Positions 10,884-20,829 of a DNA stretch of 64,000 bases are shown here, piece after piece (position 1 is the stretch's first letter; each line of letters starts with the position of its first letter). This stretch comes from Saccharolobus solfataricus P2. Lineage in GTDB: Archaea > Thermoproteota > Thermoprotei_A > Sulfolobales > Sulfolobaceae. The translations under genes and the position numbers were made by a program. Below the pieces are notes generated by a model. That model saw only the letters and a list, made by a program, of their open reading frames with translations, ran no database searches and was not told the origin of the DNA. The stretch lies in NCBI RefSeq assembly GCF_000007005.1, contig NC_002754.1; one strand, 5' to 3'.

Positions 10884-11234
10884 CTATAACTTATATGCCA
10901 ATACTTTATACTTACCATCTTCCAACGAGTTAATTTTAACCTTAACTTTATCACCTATCTCCACATCACTTGCGAAATTACAATATATCTTAAATCCCTC
11001 CTCTAATTCCACGATTCCGTATATGGAAGTATCGTTTTTCCTAAATATCTTAGTCCACGAGAAAACCTTACCTATTCCACTACTTCTTAGAACCTCTAAA
11101 TCTCTTGATCCACATTTAGGGCACAAATTCCTAACGTAGAAGAAAGTATTCATACACTTCCTGCATCTAATATATGGTAAATATCCACTCTGTACTATTT
11201 TATCATAGGTGGAATATATTTCTTCTAACCTCAT
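10884..11234 (-). CDS. DUF35 Zn-ribbon/OB-fold protein
   Basis: CRKC..CPKCGS followed by GIGKVFSWT and GIVELEEG; 4-nt overlap with the thiolase-fold gene. Confidence 0.92.
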   Translation of the reverse strand: MRLEEIYSTYDKIVQSGYLPYIRCRKCMNTFFYVRNLCPKCGSRDLEVLRSSGIGKVFSWTKIFRKNDTSIYGIVELEEGFKIYCNFASDVEIGDKVKVKINSLEDGKYKVLAYKL

Positions 11235-12388
11235 TTCTTCTCACCTAATACTAAAGATACCGAATGAGACCTATTCCACCCACCAATTCCATTTAGGAAT
11301 ACAACGTCAGTACCCTTAACCTGATGGCCATCTGCCATATCGTTTAATTGAAGTAAAGCTTCTTCTAAAATAACACCACCACTCATGTAAGCGGGTTGAC
11401 CAGTATTCAAACTACCACCCCCAGTATTAATGGGAACATCACCCTTGAATGTGGTATCATGATTTTCAAAGAACGAACCTCCCTTACCCTTTTCCGCTAA
11501 GCCAATATCCTCAACTTGTAGCATAACGGTAATGGTAAATGAATCGTAAAGCTCAAAAGCGTCTATCCTTCCATTTAATAATCCCTTAGAACTCTCAACA
11601 GCTGGAGTATATACTATCTCATCTAGCTCTGTAGGCATAAAAGGCCAATGAGCCTCTCCATATCCCAAGATGTCTATATTTGTAAGGGCTGACTTGCTGC
11701 TTCTCTTACTTACCACAAAAACGTGAAAACCATCTATAGGGTAAACTATCTCAAGAAGATGCAAAGGATAAGATACTAGTGGAGATTTCAAAACTTGCTC
11801 TATAGTTAGCGGATCTTTAAACATGGCCTTACTGTTTTGCATTGCGTTAAACCTTTGCCTAACTGCTATTAAGGCCCTTTGTTCGTCCGTACTTTTAAAG
11901 AGGTACTTATGCCTATTGGCTACCAGTGCGTAATCTGATACTGGGTTTAGATCGTTAAGTCCTCTGAAAAGCCTATCAAATGGTGTTAGAGATACGTTAG
12001 GGTATGCCTTATCTATTGCATCCACGGTAACTCCCTTATTTCTCAGTTCTGTAGCTTTTCCGCCTACTATACATAAGATTGTTTCACCTTCTCCAGCCTT
12101 AATTGCCTTATATGCCCTGTGTATCATACTTAAGGCTGAAGCTCCTCCATAATCAAAGATTTGAGTGAATTTAGGTCTTATTCCAAGATATTGGGCCACT
12201 TGGTTTGTGAAAAAGTGGGAATTAGCGTAACCGTCGAAGGTTCCCGGCAAATATGTAAGATATATTCCATCTACGTAATTCTTATCTAAACCTGCCATTT
12301 CTAATGCAGAAAATACAGTATCCGCTAATAATTCAAAGGTTGACCCTTCATACTTTTTGTAGAGACTGCTGGCGAAACCAGTTATCAC
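11231..12388 (-). CDS. Thiolase-fold (SCP2/Ltp2-like) protein
   Basis: LYDSFT and NTGGGSL motifs; canonical Cys position reads DYGGAS and the GHP His reads GQP. Confidence 0.85.
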   Translation of the reverse strand: MITGFASSLYKKYEGSTFELLADTVFSALEMAGLDKNYVDGIYLTYLPGTFDGYANSHFFTNQVAQYLGIRPKFTQIFDYGGASALSMIHRAYKAIKAGEGETILCIVGGKATELRNKGVTVDAIDKAYPNVSLTPFDRLFRGLNDLNPVSDYALVANRHKYLFKSTDEQRALIAVRQRFNAMQNSKAMFKDPLTIEQVLKSPLVSYPLHLLEIVYPIDGFHVFVVSKRSSKSALTNIDILGYGEAHWPFMPTELDEIVYTPAVESSKGLLNGRIDAFELYDSFTITVMLQVEDIGLAEKGKGGSFFENHDTTFKGDVPINTGGGSLNTGQPAYMSGGVILEEALLQLNDMADGHQVKGTDVVFLNGIGGWNRSHSVSLVLGEKK

Positions 12389-13143
12389 AACACCAAACCC
12401 CCGGTAACTCCTATTACCTCTCCCGTTATGTAGGATGCTTCTTCAGAGGATAGGAAAGCTATTAGATTAGCTACCTCTTCTGGACTACCAACTCTACCCA
12501 TTGGTATTCTCTCTATAATTTTTTGTCTAACCTTCTCTGGAACTGCCCTCGTCATTGGAGTATCAATGAAACCTGGAGTTATGGCGTTTACGGTGATGTT
12601 ATATTTAGCCAATTCCCTTGCTAGAGTTTTCGTGAAGCCTATAACCCCAGCCTTAGCTGCTGAATAATTAGCTTGTCCAATATTCCCCAACCAACTCATT
12701 GACGACATATTTATTATTCTTCCGTAGTTTCTTCTTATCATTCCATCAACAACTTGTTTAGTCATATTGAACATACTATATAGGTCGACTTTCATTACCT
12801 CATCCCACTGTTCAAAAGTCATCTTAACAAATAAGGCGTCCCTATTTATCCCCGCATTGTTTACTAAAATATCTACGTAATCTATTCCTAGGATCTCAGT
12901 AGCTTTTTGATAGAACTCCTTAGCTGAATTGAAATCCCCCACATTTACATAAAGGGGAAGGACTTTAGAACTTGTCTGTTGGGTGATTTCATTCACGACG
13001 TTTTTAAGTTCCTCTAATTTCACATCGCCTAAAACTACGGTAGCTCCCAGACTCGCTAATTTGAACGCTATGGCCCTTCCTATTCCACTAGCACCTCCAG
13101 TTACAATGGCTATTCTCCCGCTTAAATCACAGAATTTACGCAT
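12385..13143 (-). CDS. fabG: Short-chain dehydrogenase, 3-oxoacyl/acetoacetyl-CoA reductase-like
   Basis: TGGASGIG, NNAG, YSAAKAG and PGFIDTPMT motifs. Confidence 0.9.
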   Translation of the reverse strand: MRKFCDLSGRIAIVTGGASGIGRAIAFKLASLGATVVLGDVKLEELKNVVNEITQQTSSKVLPLYVNVGDFNSAKEFYQKATEILGIDYVDILVNNAGINRDALFVKMTFEQWDEVMKVDLYSMFNMTKQVVDGMIRRNYGRIINMSSMSWLGNIGQANYSAAKAGVIGFTKTLARELAKYNITVNAITPGFIDTPMTRAVPEKVRQKIIERIPMGRVGSPEEVANLIAFLSSEEASYITGEVIGVTGGLVL

Positions 13144-13558
13144 ATAAGAAGAAAACGTGAGAAAGGTATTAAAACATTAGACTTTACAAATATCGTTTCA
13201 CTATTTATCCTCGCCATAAGGAGCAAAACTTTTAGTTATAAATCTTCGTATTGCTATGGATATATGGGAAGGTGCCTTTGAGCCTTCCAACTGTTCCTTA
13301 AGTTCCGAATAGATGAGGGAAACCTTAGCAGTTTGGAGCTAAGAAGACATATTGTAATGTCTGCAAACATAGTTATAGCTCCAAGTTAATTGTTTCCCTT
13401 TTAATATACTGCACCAAGCGCTATATTCAACGGGTTACTTCAAGGATTACAACATATATTTAAACATTTGTAATTGAAATTAAATACGACTAGGAAAGTA
13501 TTAGAAGACCATACCTCATCAAAAATTAATTAAAATGACGTTTAAATTTCAGAACAAA

Positions 13559-14242
13559 TTATTGGGAGTTTATAAATAACTGGCTCAAAATTTTCCTCAA
13601 CCCATTTCTTATATGCCTATCTAAAGTTACCTTAGTTACTCCAAACATCTCAGCCAATTCTTCTAATCTGACTCTTTTAGGGTATTCGAAGAACCCTAGT
13701 CTAATTGCAGTTGTGAGTCTCTCCCTTTCTGTAGGAGTTAAAGAGTTAATTATAACTAGATCATTTTTATATCATTTACCTTAGTTTTTTCCATATCAAT
13801 ATTTTCTACCTTAACGTCTATTCTCTTCAGACCGTGCGATATATTTGAGAGAATTTCCTCTTCTCCAAAGAAATACGCATACCATTCCTCTATTCCATTA
13901 CTTATGGATAAGTTTGTTATGACTGCGTTATTTTCTATCATGACTTTTGTAACCGAGTTGTCAAAATTTTTAAAATAATACAATAAGGCCACTTTGCTAG
14001 ATCTTGGTCTATCTATGTTAGCTACTTTTATATTATTGCCATATCTTCATATTAATTGTTGATATGAAATCTGAAAGTTCGTTTTTATCATTGGAGTAAA
14101 TCTCAGCTATTTCGAAAATTGAATTCTTAGTTATCAGTGGAAAGAGATACATTACCTTGGCCTTTACTTTGAAATCAGACGTCTTATAAGTCCAACACGA
14201 ACCGTGCTTAATATCAAGCTTGACTTTATAAACATGCATCAA
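13559..14242 (-). pseudogene. HTH_10 (bacterio-opsin activator-type) transcription regulator split by two frameshifts
   Basis: Three consecutive frames: 14242-14033, about 14050-13756, and a C-terminal LTPTERERLTTAIRLGFFEYPKRVRLEELAEMFGVTKVTLDRHIRNGLRKIL ending at TAA 13561-13559. One extra base near 14048 and one missing base in the A5 run near 13765; net length 684 nt. Confidence 0.85.
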
Positions 14243-14354
14243 GTCTTTATATATCTACTGACGTAAATATACTTATATTATTATTGTGATAGTATCAATT
14301 ACTAACTCGCTATTGGATTTTAACGAAAAACTTCATTAGTATTATAAAAAGGAA

Positions 14355-15287
14355 TCACTTAACCATATTAAGTGAATACACTTGATCGATAAACTCCTTT
14401 ATAACTTCAAGATACTTATCCTTTTCCTCCCACATGGCCATATGGGAGCTATTCTCGAAAATGACAAGTCTAGATCCCTTAATATTTTTATGAATAAGCT
14501 GAGCTACATTAACAGTTACTTCATCGTATTTTCCCACGGTTATTAGAGTAGGAACAGTTATTTTATACAATTGCTCAGTAACGTCCCAATCCTTTATTGT
14601 TCCAATGATAGTAAACTCGTTCGGACCATTCATTATTTCATACGTCCTCCTTTTTCCTATGTACTCGAAAGTCCTTTTAACTGGTTCCGGCATTTCCTTA
14701 AGTCTCAATAGATGTTGACTATAGAAGAAGTTTACGGCATCTAAATATTCTGGGTTTTTGAAATCACCTAAACTTTCATATCTCTTTATAATTGTCTTGT
14801 ACTTATCTGGTAATTCCTCAATTAATCTCCTCATCTCTTTAACGGTATAGGGAACACTTGATAGTCCACTACTTACAATAAGACCTCTTAAAAACTGTTG
14901 ATACTTAAGTGCATAAGCTATTGCCAACGCTCCACCGTAGGAGTGTCCCAATAATACAATCTTATCATTGCCGAAAACTTGCTTTCTAAGTTCCTCTAAT
15001 TCCTCTAAGCCGTGATCTATGGTATAATCAGAAGTATCTTTAGGGTCGTCGGACCTACCGCAACCAAATTGGTCATAAAATAAGACGTTAATTCCGTAAT
15101 TTGACAAGTCAGCTAAAGGTATTAGGTAATCATGAGAACCTCCAGGACCGCCATGCAAAGTGACCAAATTCCTATTACTACCCTTTACTCTATACAACTT
15201 ATAGTATATGTTTATTCCAAAGATTCTCTTATAACCTTCCTCCACATTTATAGAATAACCTTTCATAGTGATAAAATAGTATGACAA
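14355..15287 (-). CDS. pip: Proline iminopeptidase / tricorn-interacting factor F1 (alpha/beta hydrolase)
   Basis: HGGPGGSHDY, GHSYGG nucleophile, GPNEF and SSHMAMWEE. Confidence 0.93.
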   Translation of the reverse strand: MSYYFITMKGYSINVEEGYKRIFGINIYYKLYRVKGSNRNLVTLHGGPGGSHDYLIPLADLSNYGINVLFYDQFGCGRSDDPKDTSDYTIDHGLEELEELRKQVFGNDKIVLLGHSYGGALAIAYALKYQQFLRGLIVSSGLSSVPYTVKEMRRLIEELPDKYKTIIKRYESLGDFKNPEYLDAVNFFYSQHLLRLKEMPEPVKRTFEYIGKRRTYEIMNGPNEFTIIGTIKDWDVTEQLYKITVPTLITVGKYDEVTVNVAQLIHKNIKGSRLVIFENSSHMAMWEEKDKYLEVIKEFIDQVYSLNMVK

Positions 15288-15347
15288 GATGATAAAAAAC
15301 CTTGACTTGCAACTTTGAATTAAGATGATATGAGAAAAAAGAATTAA

Positions 15348-16784
15348 TTACCAGCCTTCGTATACTGTCTTCTCCTTAAGGTAGAACTCTAAAGCATCTT
15401 CTCCCATCTCTTTCCACGTAGTGGCTCCAGAATTCTTAAAACCACCAAATGGTGCTTGCAATTCCAGTCCGACTGTTGGCTTATTAACCTTTATAACTCC
15501 TGCCTCTACCCTACTAACGAACTCGTTAATCGCCTTGATATCGCTTGCGACTATTCCAGCTGTATGTCCATAGTCTACAGCGTTAACTAGCCTTATAGCC
15601 TCATCTAAATCTTTTGCCTCAGTGACACTAAGTACTGGACCGAAAATCTCTTCTTTAAATAGCCTCATATCAGATGTGACTCCTTCGAAAATTGTAGGTT
15701 CTAGGAAATATCCCTTCCCTGGTATTATATTTCCACCATAAATTAGTTTTGCTCCCACATTCTTTCCGTATTCTATATATTCTAAGTCTTTCTTAAATTG
15801 ACCTTCATCTACAACTGGACCCATATCAACATCTTCAGTACCCGGTCCTACTCTCCACTTCTTAACTCTTTCTAGTAGTCTTTGTTTAAATTGAGTATAT
15901 ACATCCTTGTTAATTATTAACCTACTAGTTGCAGTACATGATTGACCGGTTAGTCCAAATCCTCCTCTTACGGCTAATTCAGCAGCTAACGTTAAGTCAG
16001 CGCTCTTATCCACATATAACGCGTTTTTACCTCCTAGCTCTAGTTGAATTCTTGTCATTCTATTTTTATTTCCTACGAGTTTGTAAATTCTCTTACCTAC
16101 CTCGGTTGATCCAGTAAATGATACTGCAGCTATATTATCATCACTTACTATGGTATCTCCGACTTCACTTCCCTTACCAACTACTAAATTCACGACACCC
16201 TCTGGCAATCCAGCTTTAGACAACACTTCTACCAATTTGGCTACCATTAACGGTGTTTTCGTCGCTGGTTTTATTACTGCAGTGTTACCCGCAGCCAAGG
16301 CTGGAGCCAATTTCCATACTGGTATTGATAATGGGAAATTCCACGGCGTAATTAAAGCTACTACGCCTAAGGGTTCCTTTACTGTAAATATCCTAGTATT
16401 AGGATCTGCTGAAGGAAGCGTTTTCCCAGATATCTTAAATGCTAATGCTCCATAAAATTTCAGTAAATTATAACTTCTTGTCACTTCAAACATACTATCC
16501 TTGAGAGTCTTACCCTCCTCTAATGTCATCAATAGCGCAAACTCTTGGGCTTCTTGTTCCATTAATTCCCCTGCCTTAAGTAATATTGAGCCTCTTTTAG
16601 GTGCTGGAGTCCTTGACCATTCGTCGAATTTGGCTACAGCCTTGTTTATAGCTTCTTTAACGTCATCTTTTGTATATAATCTTATCTTAGCTAATACGTG
16701 ATCCTTATCAGCCGGATTAATATCAAGGTATTCTTCCCCACTGCCCTTAATCCACTTGTCAGCCAATCCCTGATACGATTTCAT
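15348..16784 (-). CDS. dopDH: 2,5-dioxopentanoate (alpha-ketoglutarate semialdehyde) dehydrogenase
   Basis: ALDH motifs PWNFP, FTGSTEVG, LELGGKN, GQSCTA and EEIFGPV; divergent from kdaD and sharing its ARA-box. Confidence 0.92.
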   Translation of the reverse strand: MKSYQGLADKWIKGSGEEYLDINPADKDHVLAKIRLYTKDDVKEAINKAVAKFDEWSRTPAPKRGSILLKAGELMEQEAQEFALLMTLEEGKTLKDSMFEVTRSYNLLKFYGALAFKISGKTLPSADPNTRIFTVKEPLGVVALITPWNFPLSIPVWKLAPALAAGNTAVIKPATKTPLMVAKLVEVLSKAGLPEGVVNLVVGKGSEVGDTIVSDDNIAAVSFTGSTEVGKRIYKLVGNKNRMTRIQLELGGKNALYVDKSADLTLAAELAVRGGFGLTGQSCTATSRLIINKDVYTQFKQRLLERVKKWRVGPGTEDVDMGPVVDEGQFKKDLEYIEYGKNVGAKLIYGGNIIPGKGYFLEPTIFEGVTSDMRLFKEEIFGPVLSVTEAKDLDEAIRLVNAVDYGHTAGIVASDIKAINEFVSRVEAGVIKVNKPTVGLELQAPFGGFKNSGATTWKEMGEDALEFYLKEKTVYEGW

Positions 16785-16824
16785 ACTAACTATATCACCT
16801 TAATGGTTTTTATTTTGGTATGCT

Positions 16825-16832
16825 AACATGTT
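16825..16832. promoter_or_regulatory. ARA-box AACATGTT between divergent dopDH and kdaD
   Basis: Perfect palindrome; 10 nt to TTTATTAT on + (kdaD) and 10 nt to AATAAAAA on - (dopDH). Confidence 0.9.
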
Positions 16833-16872
16833 TACTACCAACTTTATTATATGCTAAATGCATTTTATCATG

Positions 16873-17754
16873 ATGAAATTATTTAGAGTTGTAAAAAGAG
16901 GATATTATATAAGTTATGCAATATTAGATAATAGTACAATAATAAGGTTAGATGAAGATCCAATTAAAGCTCTGATGAGGTATTCGGAAAATAAGGAAGT
17001 CTTAGGAGATAGAGTCACTGGAATAGATTATCAGTCTCTGCTAAAGAGCTTTCAGATTAACGATATTAGAATAACAAAACCAATTGACCCTCCAGAAGTT
17101 TGGGGATCTGGAATATCGTACGAAATGGCCAGGGAGAGATATTCTGAAGAGAATGTAGCTAAAATATTAGGTAAGACGATCTATGAAAAAGTGTATGATG
17201 CTGTTAGACCAGAGATATTCTTTAAGGCTACTCCAAATAGATGCGTGGGACATGGTGAGGCAATAGCGGTGAGAAGTGATTCCGAGTGGACACTTCCAGA
17301 GCCAGAATTGGCCGTAGTATTAGACTCTAATGGTAAAATCTTAGGCTATACCATAATGGACGACGTTTCTGCCAGAGATTTAGAGGCCGAAAATCCTCTC
17401 TACTTACCACAGTCTAAGATATACGCTGGTTGTTGTGCCTTTGGGCCAGTTATTGTTACCTCCGATGAGATTAAGAACCCATATAGTCTTGATATCACTT
17501 TGAAAATTGTGAGGGAAGGTAGAGTGTTTTTTGAGGGATCCGTGAATACAAACAAGATGAGGAGGAAAATTGAGGAGCAAATACAATACTTAATTAGGGA
17601 TAACCCAATACCGGACGGGACGATTCTAACTACAGGTACTGCAATCGTTCCAGGAAGAGATAAGGGGCTTAAAGATGAGGACATCGTGGAAATAACTATA
17701 AGTAATATCGGGACACTCATAACTCCAGTTAAAAAAAGAAGAAAAATAACTTAG
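16873..17754 (+). CDS. kdaD: 2-keto-3-deoxy-D-arabinonate dehydratase (FAH superfamily)
   Basis: RPEIFFKA, PEPELAV, DDVSARDLE and QSKIY motifs. The MKLFRVV start fits the TATA position; the ORF track starts at 16858. Confidence 0.93.
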   Translation: MKLFRVVKRGYYISYAILDNSTIIRLDEDPIKALMRYSENKEVLGDRVTGIDYQSLLKSFQINDIRITKPIDPPEVWGSGISYEMARERYSEENVAKILGKTIYEKVYDAVRPEIFFKATPNRCVGHGEAIAVRSDSEWTLPEPELAVVLDSNGKILGYTIMDDVSARDLEAENPLYLPQSKIYAGCCAFGPVIVTSDEIKNPYSLDITLKIVREGRVFFEGSVNTNKMRRKIEEQIQYLIRDNPIPDGTILTTGTAIVPGRDKGLKDEDIVEITISNIGTLITPVKKRRKIT

Positions 17755-17776
17755 TTTTTATTATTATTAAAATTAA

Positions 17777-19228
17777 CTACTGTACACTCTCTTGTGGATT
17801 CTCTCCTAATTCTTCCACATCTGCTAATTTGTATGTCCTTGTATCATAACCTATTATTAACCCTACTATTCCTGTTAATACACCATAAATTGCCAAACCT
17901 AATGTCAAGGAAACTGGGTTATATGCGATACCAACAATTCCTATTAGCAATCCTATAAAAGCAGCCAATTTTACCCAGAAATATCCCCATCCCGCAGCAG
18001 TACCTCTTTCTTTGGCTCCAAAAAATGCATTTATGGATGTCATCCCTTGACTGGCTGGACCTATGACATGGAAGAAGTAAAATAGGAAAGAGAACACTAC
18101 AAAATATATTAGTGGTAAGTGATAAATATACGTAAGTGCAATTAACCCTACTGAAATTCCCTCACCTATTGCTCCTATTACATATTGTGATTTAGTACCA
18201 ATTTTAGGTGTTAGCCATGCTGTCAAATAGCCACCTATTACGCCTCCGGCATATAGGAATGCAGAAGCTACTATTGAGGCAAGTGGCCCAGCCAGTTTTA
18301 GCGCTAGTAATATATAAGGTACATAAAAACCAAATGTATAGAATATGAATCCTTGTTCAAAGTTACCGTTAAAGGAATAGACCAGCTCCCTCCATTTACT
18401 CGCTCTAAATATACTAAAGGCACTCCTTACTCCTCTAGCTGGTGCCCTTAATTGCAAATCTACGTCTGGGACCTCTGGCAAATCTATTCCGTAGGTCTGT
18501 TTCAATATTTTCTTGGCAGTAGCTAATCTACCTTGGTATGCTAACCATAATACCGATTCTGGAATCCTACCTCTTAGTAGTAATATTACTAAAGCTAGAA
18601 CACCTCCAACTATCATAATAATTCTCCATAATAAGGGAGATGTCAATGAGTGAACTGTAAAGAAGAATGGAACTACTATTAAAGCTATGGTAACCTCGTA
18701 CATGATATACCATTGTATTTGCCATAGATTCGACCAAAATAGTCTCTGTTTTTTCTCTAAATACTCGAATATATAAGCAAAACCTGTTGCAGTATCAGCC
18801 CCTAAAGCGAAACCTAATAAGCCTCTAAAGATTGATAATTCTAAAATGTTAGTAGATAATCCTCCCAAGATTGCCATACCCGTAAATAATATCATGTTAA
18901 GTATGAACATGTTCCTCCTACCAATACGATCGTTTAGCCAACCGCCAACCACTGCACCTATAATAGCACCTAATTGTACTGCACCTATAGCCAAGGAAAT
19001 TAAAACAGATGGTACAGAAGGGAAAGTGCTCTTAAGGGATGCAGTACCAAAAGTCATACTTGCGAAGTCATAGGCATCTAGCCAGAGACTAGCTAATGCT
19101 AAAATTACTATATATCTTGAGGTTATATTTTTTGTATTCAAAACCGTATCATATATCTTTTTGATACCCCTATCTATTTCTTCTTTAGAGTATTGTGACA
19201 TACTCTCTCCATCAGAATAATCATACAT
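17777..19228 (-). CDS. MFS sugar-porter-like transporter
   Basis: LDAYD, NDRIGRRNM, YIFEY and IPESVLWL motifs; about 12 TM helices. Confidence 0.9.
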   Translation of the reverse strand: MYDYSDGESMSQYSKEEIDRGIKKIYDTVLNTKNITSRYIVILALASLWLDAYDFASMTFGTASLKSTFPSVPSVLISLAIGAVQLGAIIGAVVGGWLNDRIGRRNMFILNMILFTGMAILGGLSTNILELSIFRGLLGFALGADTATGFAYIFEYLEKKQRLFWSNLWQIQWYIMYEVTIALIVVPFFFTVHSLTSPLLWRIIMIVGGVLALVILLLRGRIPESVLWLAYQGRLATAKKILKQTYGIDLPEVPDVDLQLRAPARGVRSAFSIFRASKWRELVYSFNGNFEQGFIFYTFGFYVPYILLALKLAGPLASIVASAFLYAGGVIGGYLTAWLTPKIGTKSQYVIGAIGEGISVGLIALTYIYHLPLIYFVVFSFLFYFFHVIGPASQGMTSINAFFGAKERGTAAGWGYFWVKLAAFIGLLIGIVGIAYNPVSLTLGLAIYGVLTGIVGLIIGYDTRTYKLADVEELGENPQESVQ

Positions 19229-19527
19229 TAAGGAAATATTTAAATAGATAGCTTTACCAGTAAAGATTCTTACTATCCTTTATTTTTGTAGAAACATAGC
19301 TTGATTTTTATGGGGATAGCTTTACTCACTAAATCCTTATTAGTTACTAGCTGATAAAATATTCTTCCTAGTTAAATCTACTTTATTTATTATAAATAAA
19401 TTCTACTAGATCTATACCTTACTATTTTTAACTATATCTCCAAGAGATTAATTTAAATATATTTTGTATAGTTCCATATTTATAGTAAATAGTAAACTTT
19501 ATTAATAATGGGAAGAAAGAATTTCTT

Positions 19528-20829
19528 ATGGGAGGAAGGGAAATAAGCACTGGGCAGGTAATTAAGGTAGCTGTAGGTACTTCCCTAGGTACTACAATAG
19601 AGTGGTACGATTTCTTCCTATATGGGTATGCAGCCTCGCTAATATTTCCGAAACTGTTCTTCCCACCATCATACAATCCACTAACGGCTCTGCTAGTATC
19701 CCTATCTACCTATGCAGTGGGATTTGTGGCAAGGCCAGTAGGTGCGATGATATTTGGACATTTAGGAGATAAATTAGGTAGAAGAACAGGATTGCTGTGG
19801 GATTTAATACTAATGGGTATAGGAACTGGGATTATAGGTTTCCTACCAGGATATTCACAAATAGGTTTTCTGGCCTTAACAATAGCTACAATCAGTAGAA
19901 TTCTACAAGGAATTGGTGTTGGTGGTGAATGGGGAGGAGCAACTACTTGGTTAACTGAATACGCTGCGAAATCAAGATGGAGAGCATTTTGGGGAAGCTG
20001 GGTCCAACAAGGTGTTCCCATAGGATTATTATGGGCTTCCGCGATACTAGGTCTTTTTGCAACATTTCCTAGCAGTTCACCTCTAGCTTTGTTGAATTAC
20101 GGATGGAGAATAGCTTTTTGGATTGGAGCCATTGCAGCTGTCATAGGTATAGTTATAAGGCTAGCATTACTGGAGAGTCCATTATTTGAAAGAGTCATAG
20201 AAAAAGGAGAAGTTTCAAAAATACCATCCATAGAAGTTTGGAGGAAATACTGGAGTAAGATACTCTTACTGGCAGCTTCGTGGGCAGCTCAGAATGCAGG
20301 CTTCTACTTATATTCAGTTTATTCAGTAACCTTTCTTACTGGAATAGGTTTCCCAAAGAGTCTAGGTCTCTTAAGCGTAACGGTCTCTGCGTTGATAGGC
20401 ATATTCATAACGGTATTATTTGGAATTTTAAGCGATAAAATAGGGAGAAGATTAGGAATGATGATAGCGTTTGGATTTGGCTTAGCCTTTAGCTTCCCAT
20501 ACGTTTTACTGCTATTTTCAAAATCATTTTCAATAATATTGTTAGCACAAACACTCATGGTAGTAGCAGTACTAGGATCTTACGCTATAATTCCGGCTTT
20601 CTTCGCTGAGAATTTCCCTACAAAATATAGGTATTCTGGTACCGGATTGTCTTACCACATGGCAGCGCCATTTGCTGGTGGACTTGCTCCAATAATAGTT
20701 GCCGATCTAGTAGGAGAGAAATATTTAGTAAATTGGTGGGCCTTTGGTGCGGTGTTCGCGGCTTACTTCATTATATCACTAATTGCGCTAGCTGTACTTA
20801 AAGAGACTAAAGGGAAGGAAATGGATTAA
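19528..20829 (+). CDS. MFS metabolite:H+ symporter (ShiA/ProP-like)
   Basis: GTTIEWYDFFLYG, RPVGAMIFGHLGDKLGRR, GGEWGGA and LESPLF. Confidence 0.93.
   Translation: MGGREISTGQVIKVAVGTSLGTTIEWYDFFLYGYAASLIFPKLFFPPSYNPLTALLVSLSTYAVGFVARPVGAMIFGHLGDKLGRRTGLLWDLILMGIGTGIIGFLPGYSQIGFLALTIATISRILQGIGVGGEWGGATTWLTEYAAKSRWRAFWGSWVQQGVPIGLLWASAILGLFATFPSSSPLALLNYGWRIAFWIGAIAAVIGIVIRLALLESPLFERVIEKGEVSKIPSIEVWRKYWSKILLLAASWAAQNAGFYLYSVYSVTFLTGIGFPKSLGLLSVTVSALIGIFITVLFGILSDKIGRRLGMMIAFGFGLAFSFPYVLLLFSKSFSIILLAQTLMVVAVLGSYAIIPAFFAENFPTKYRYSGTGLSYHMAAPFAGGLAPIIVADLVGEKYLVNWWAFGAVFAAYFIISLIALAVLKETKGKEMD

Noticed and set aside
18906-18913. Exact AACATGTT match
   Set aside because: Inside an MFS coding region and not 10 nt from a promoter TATA.
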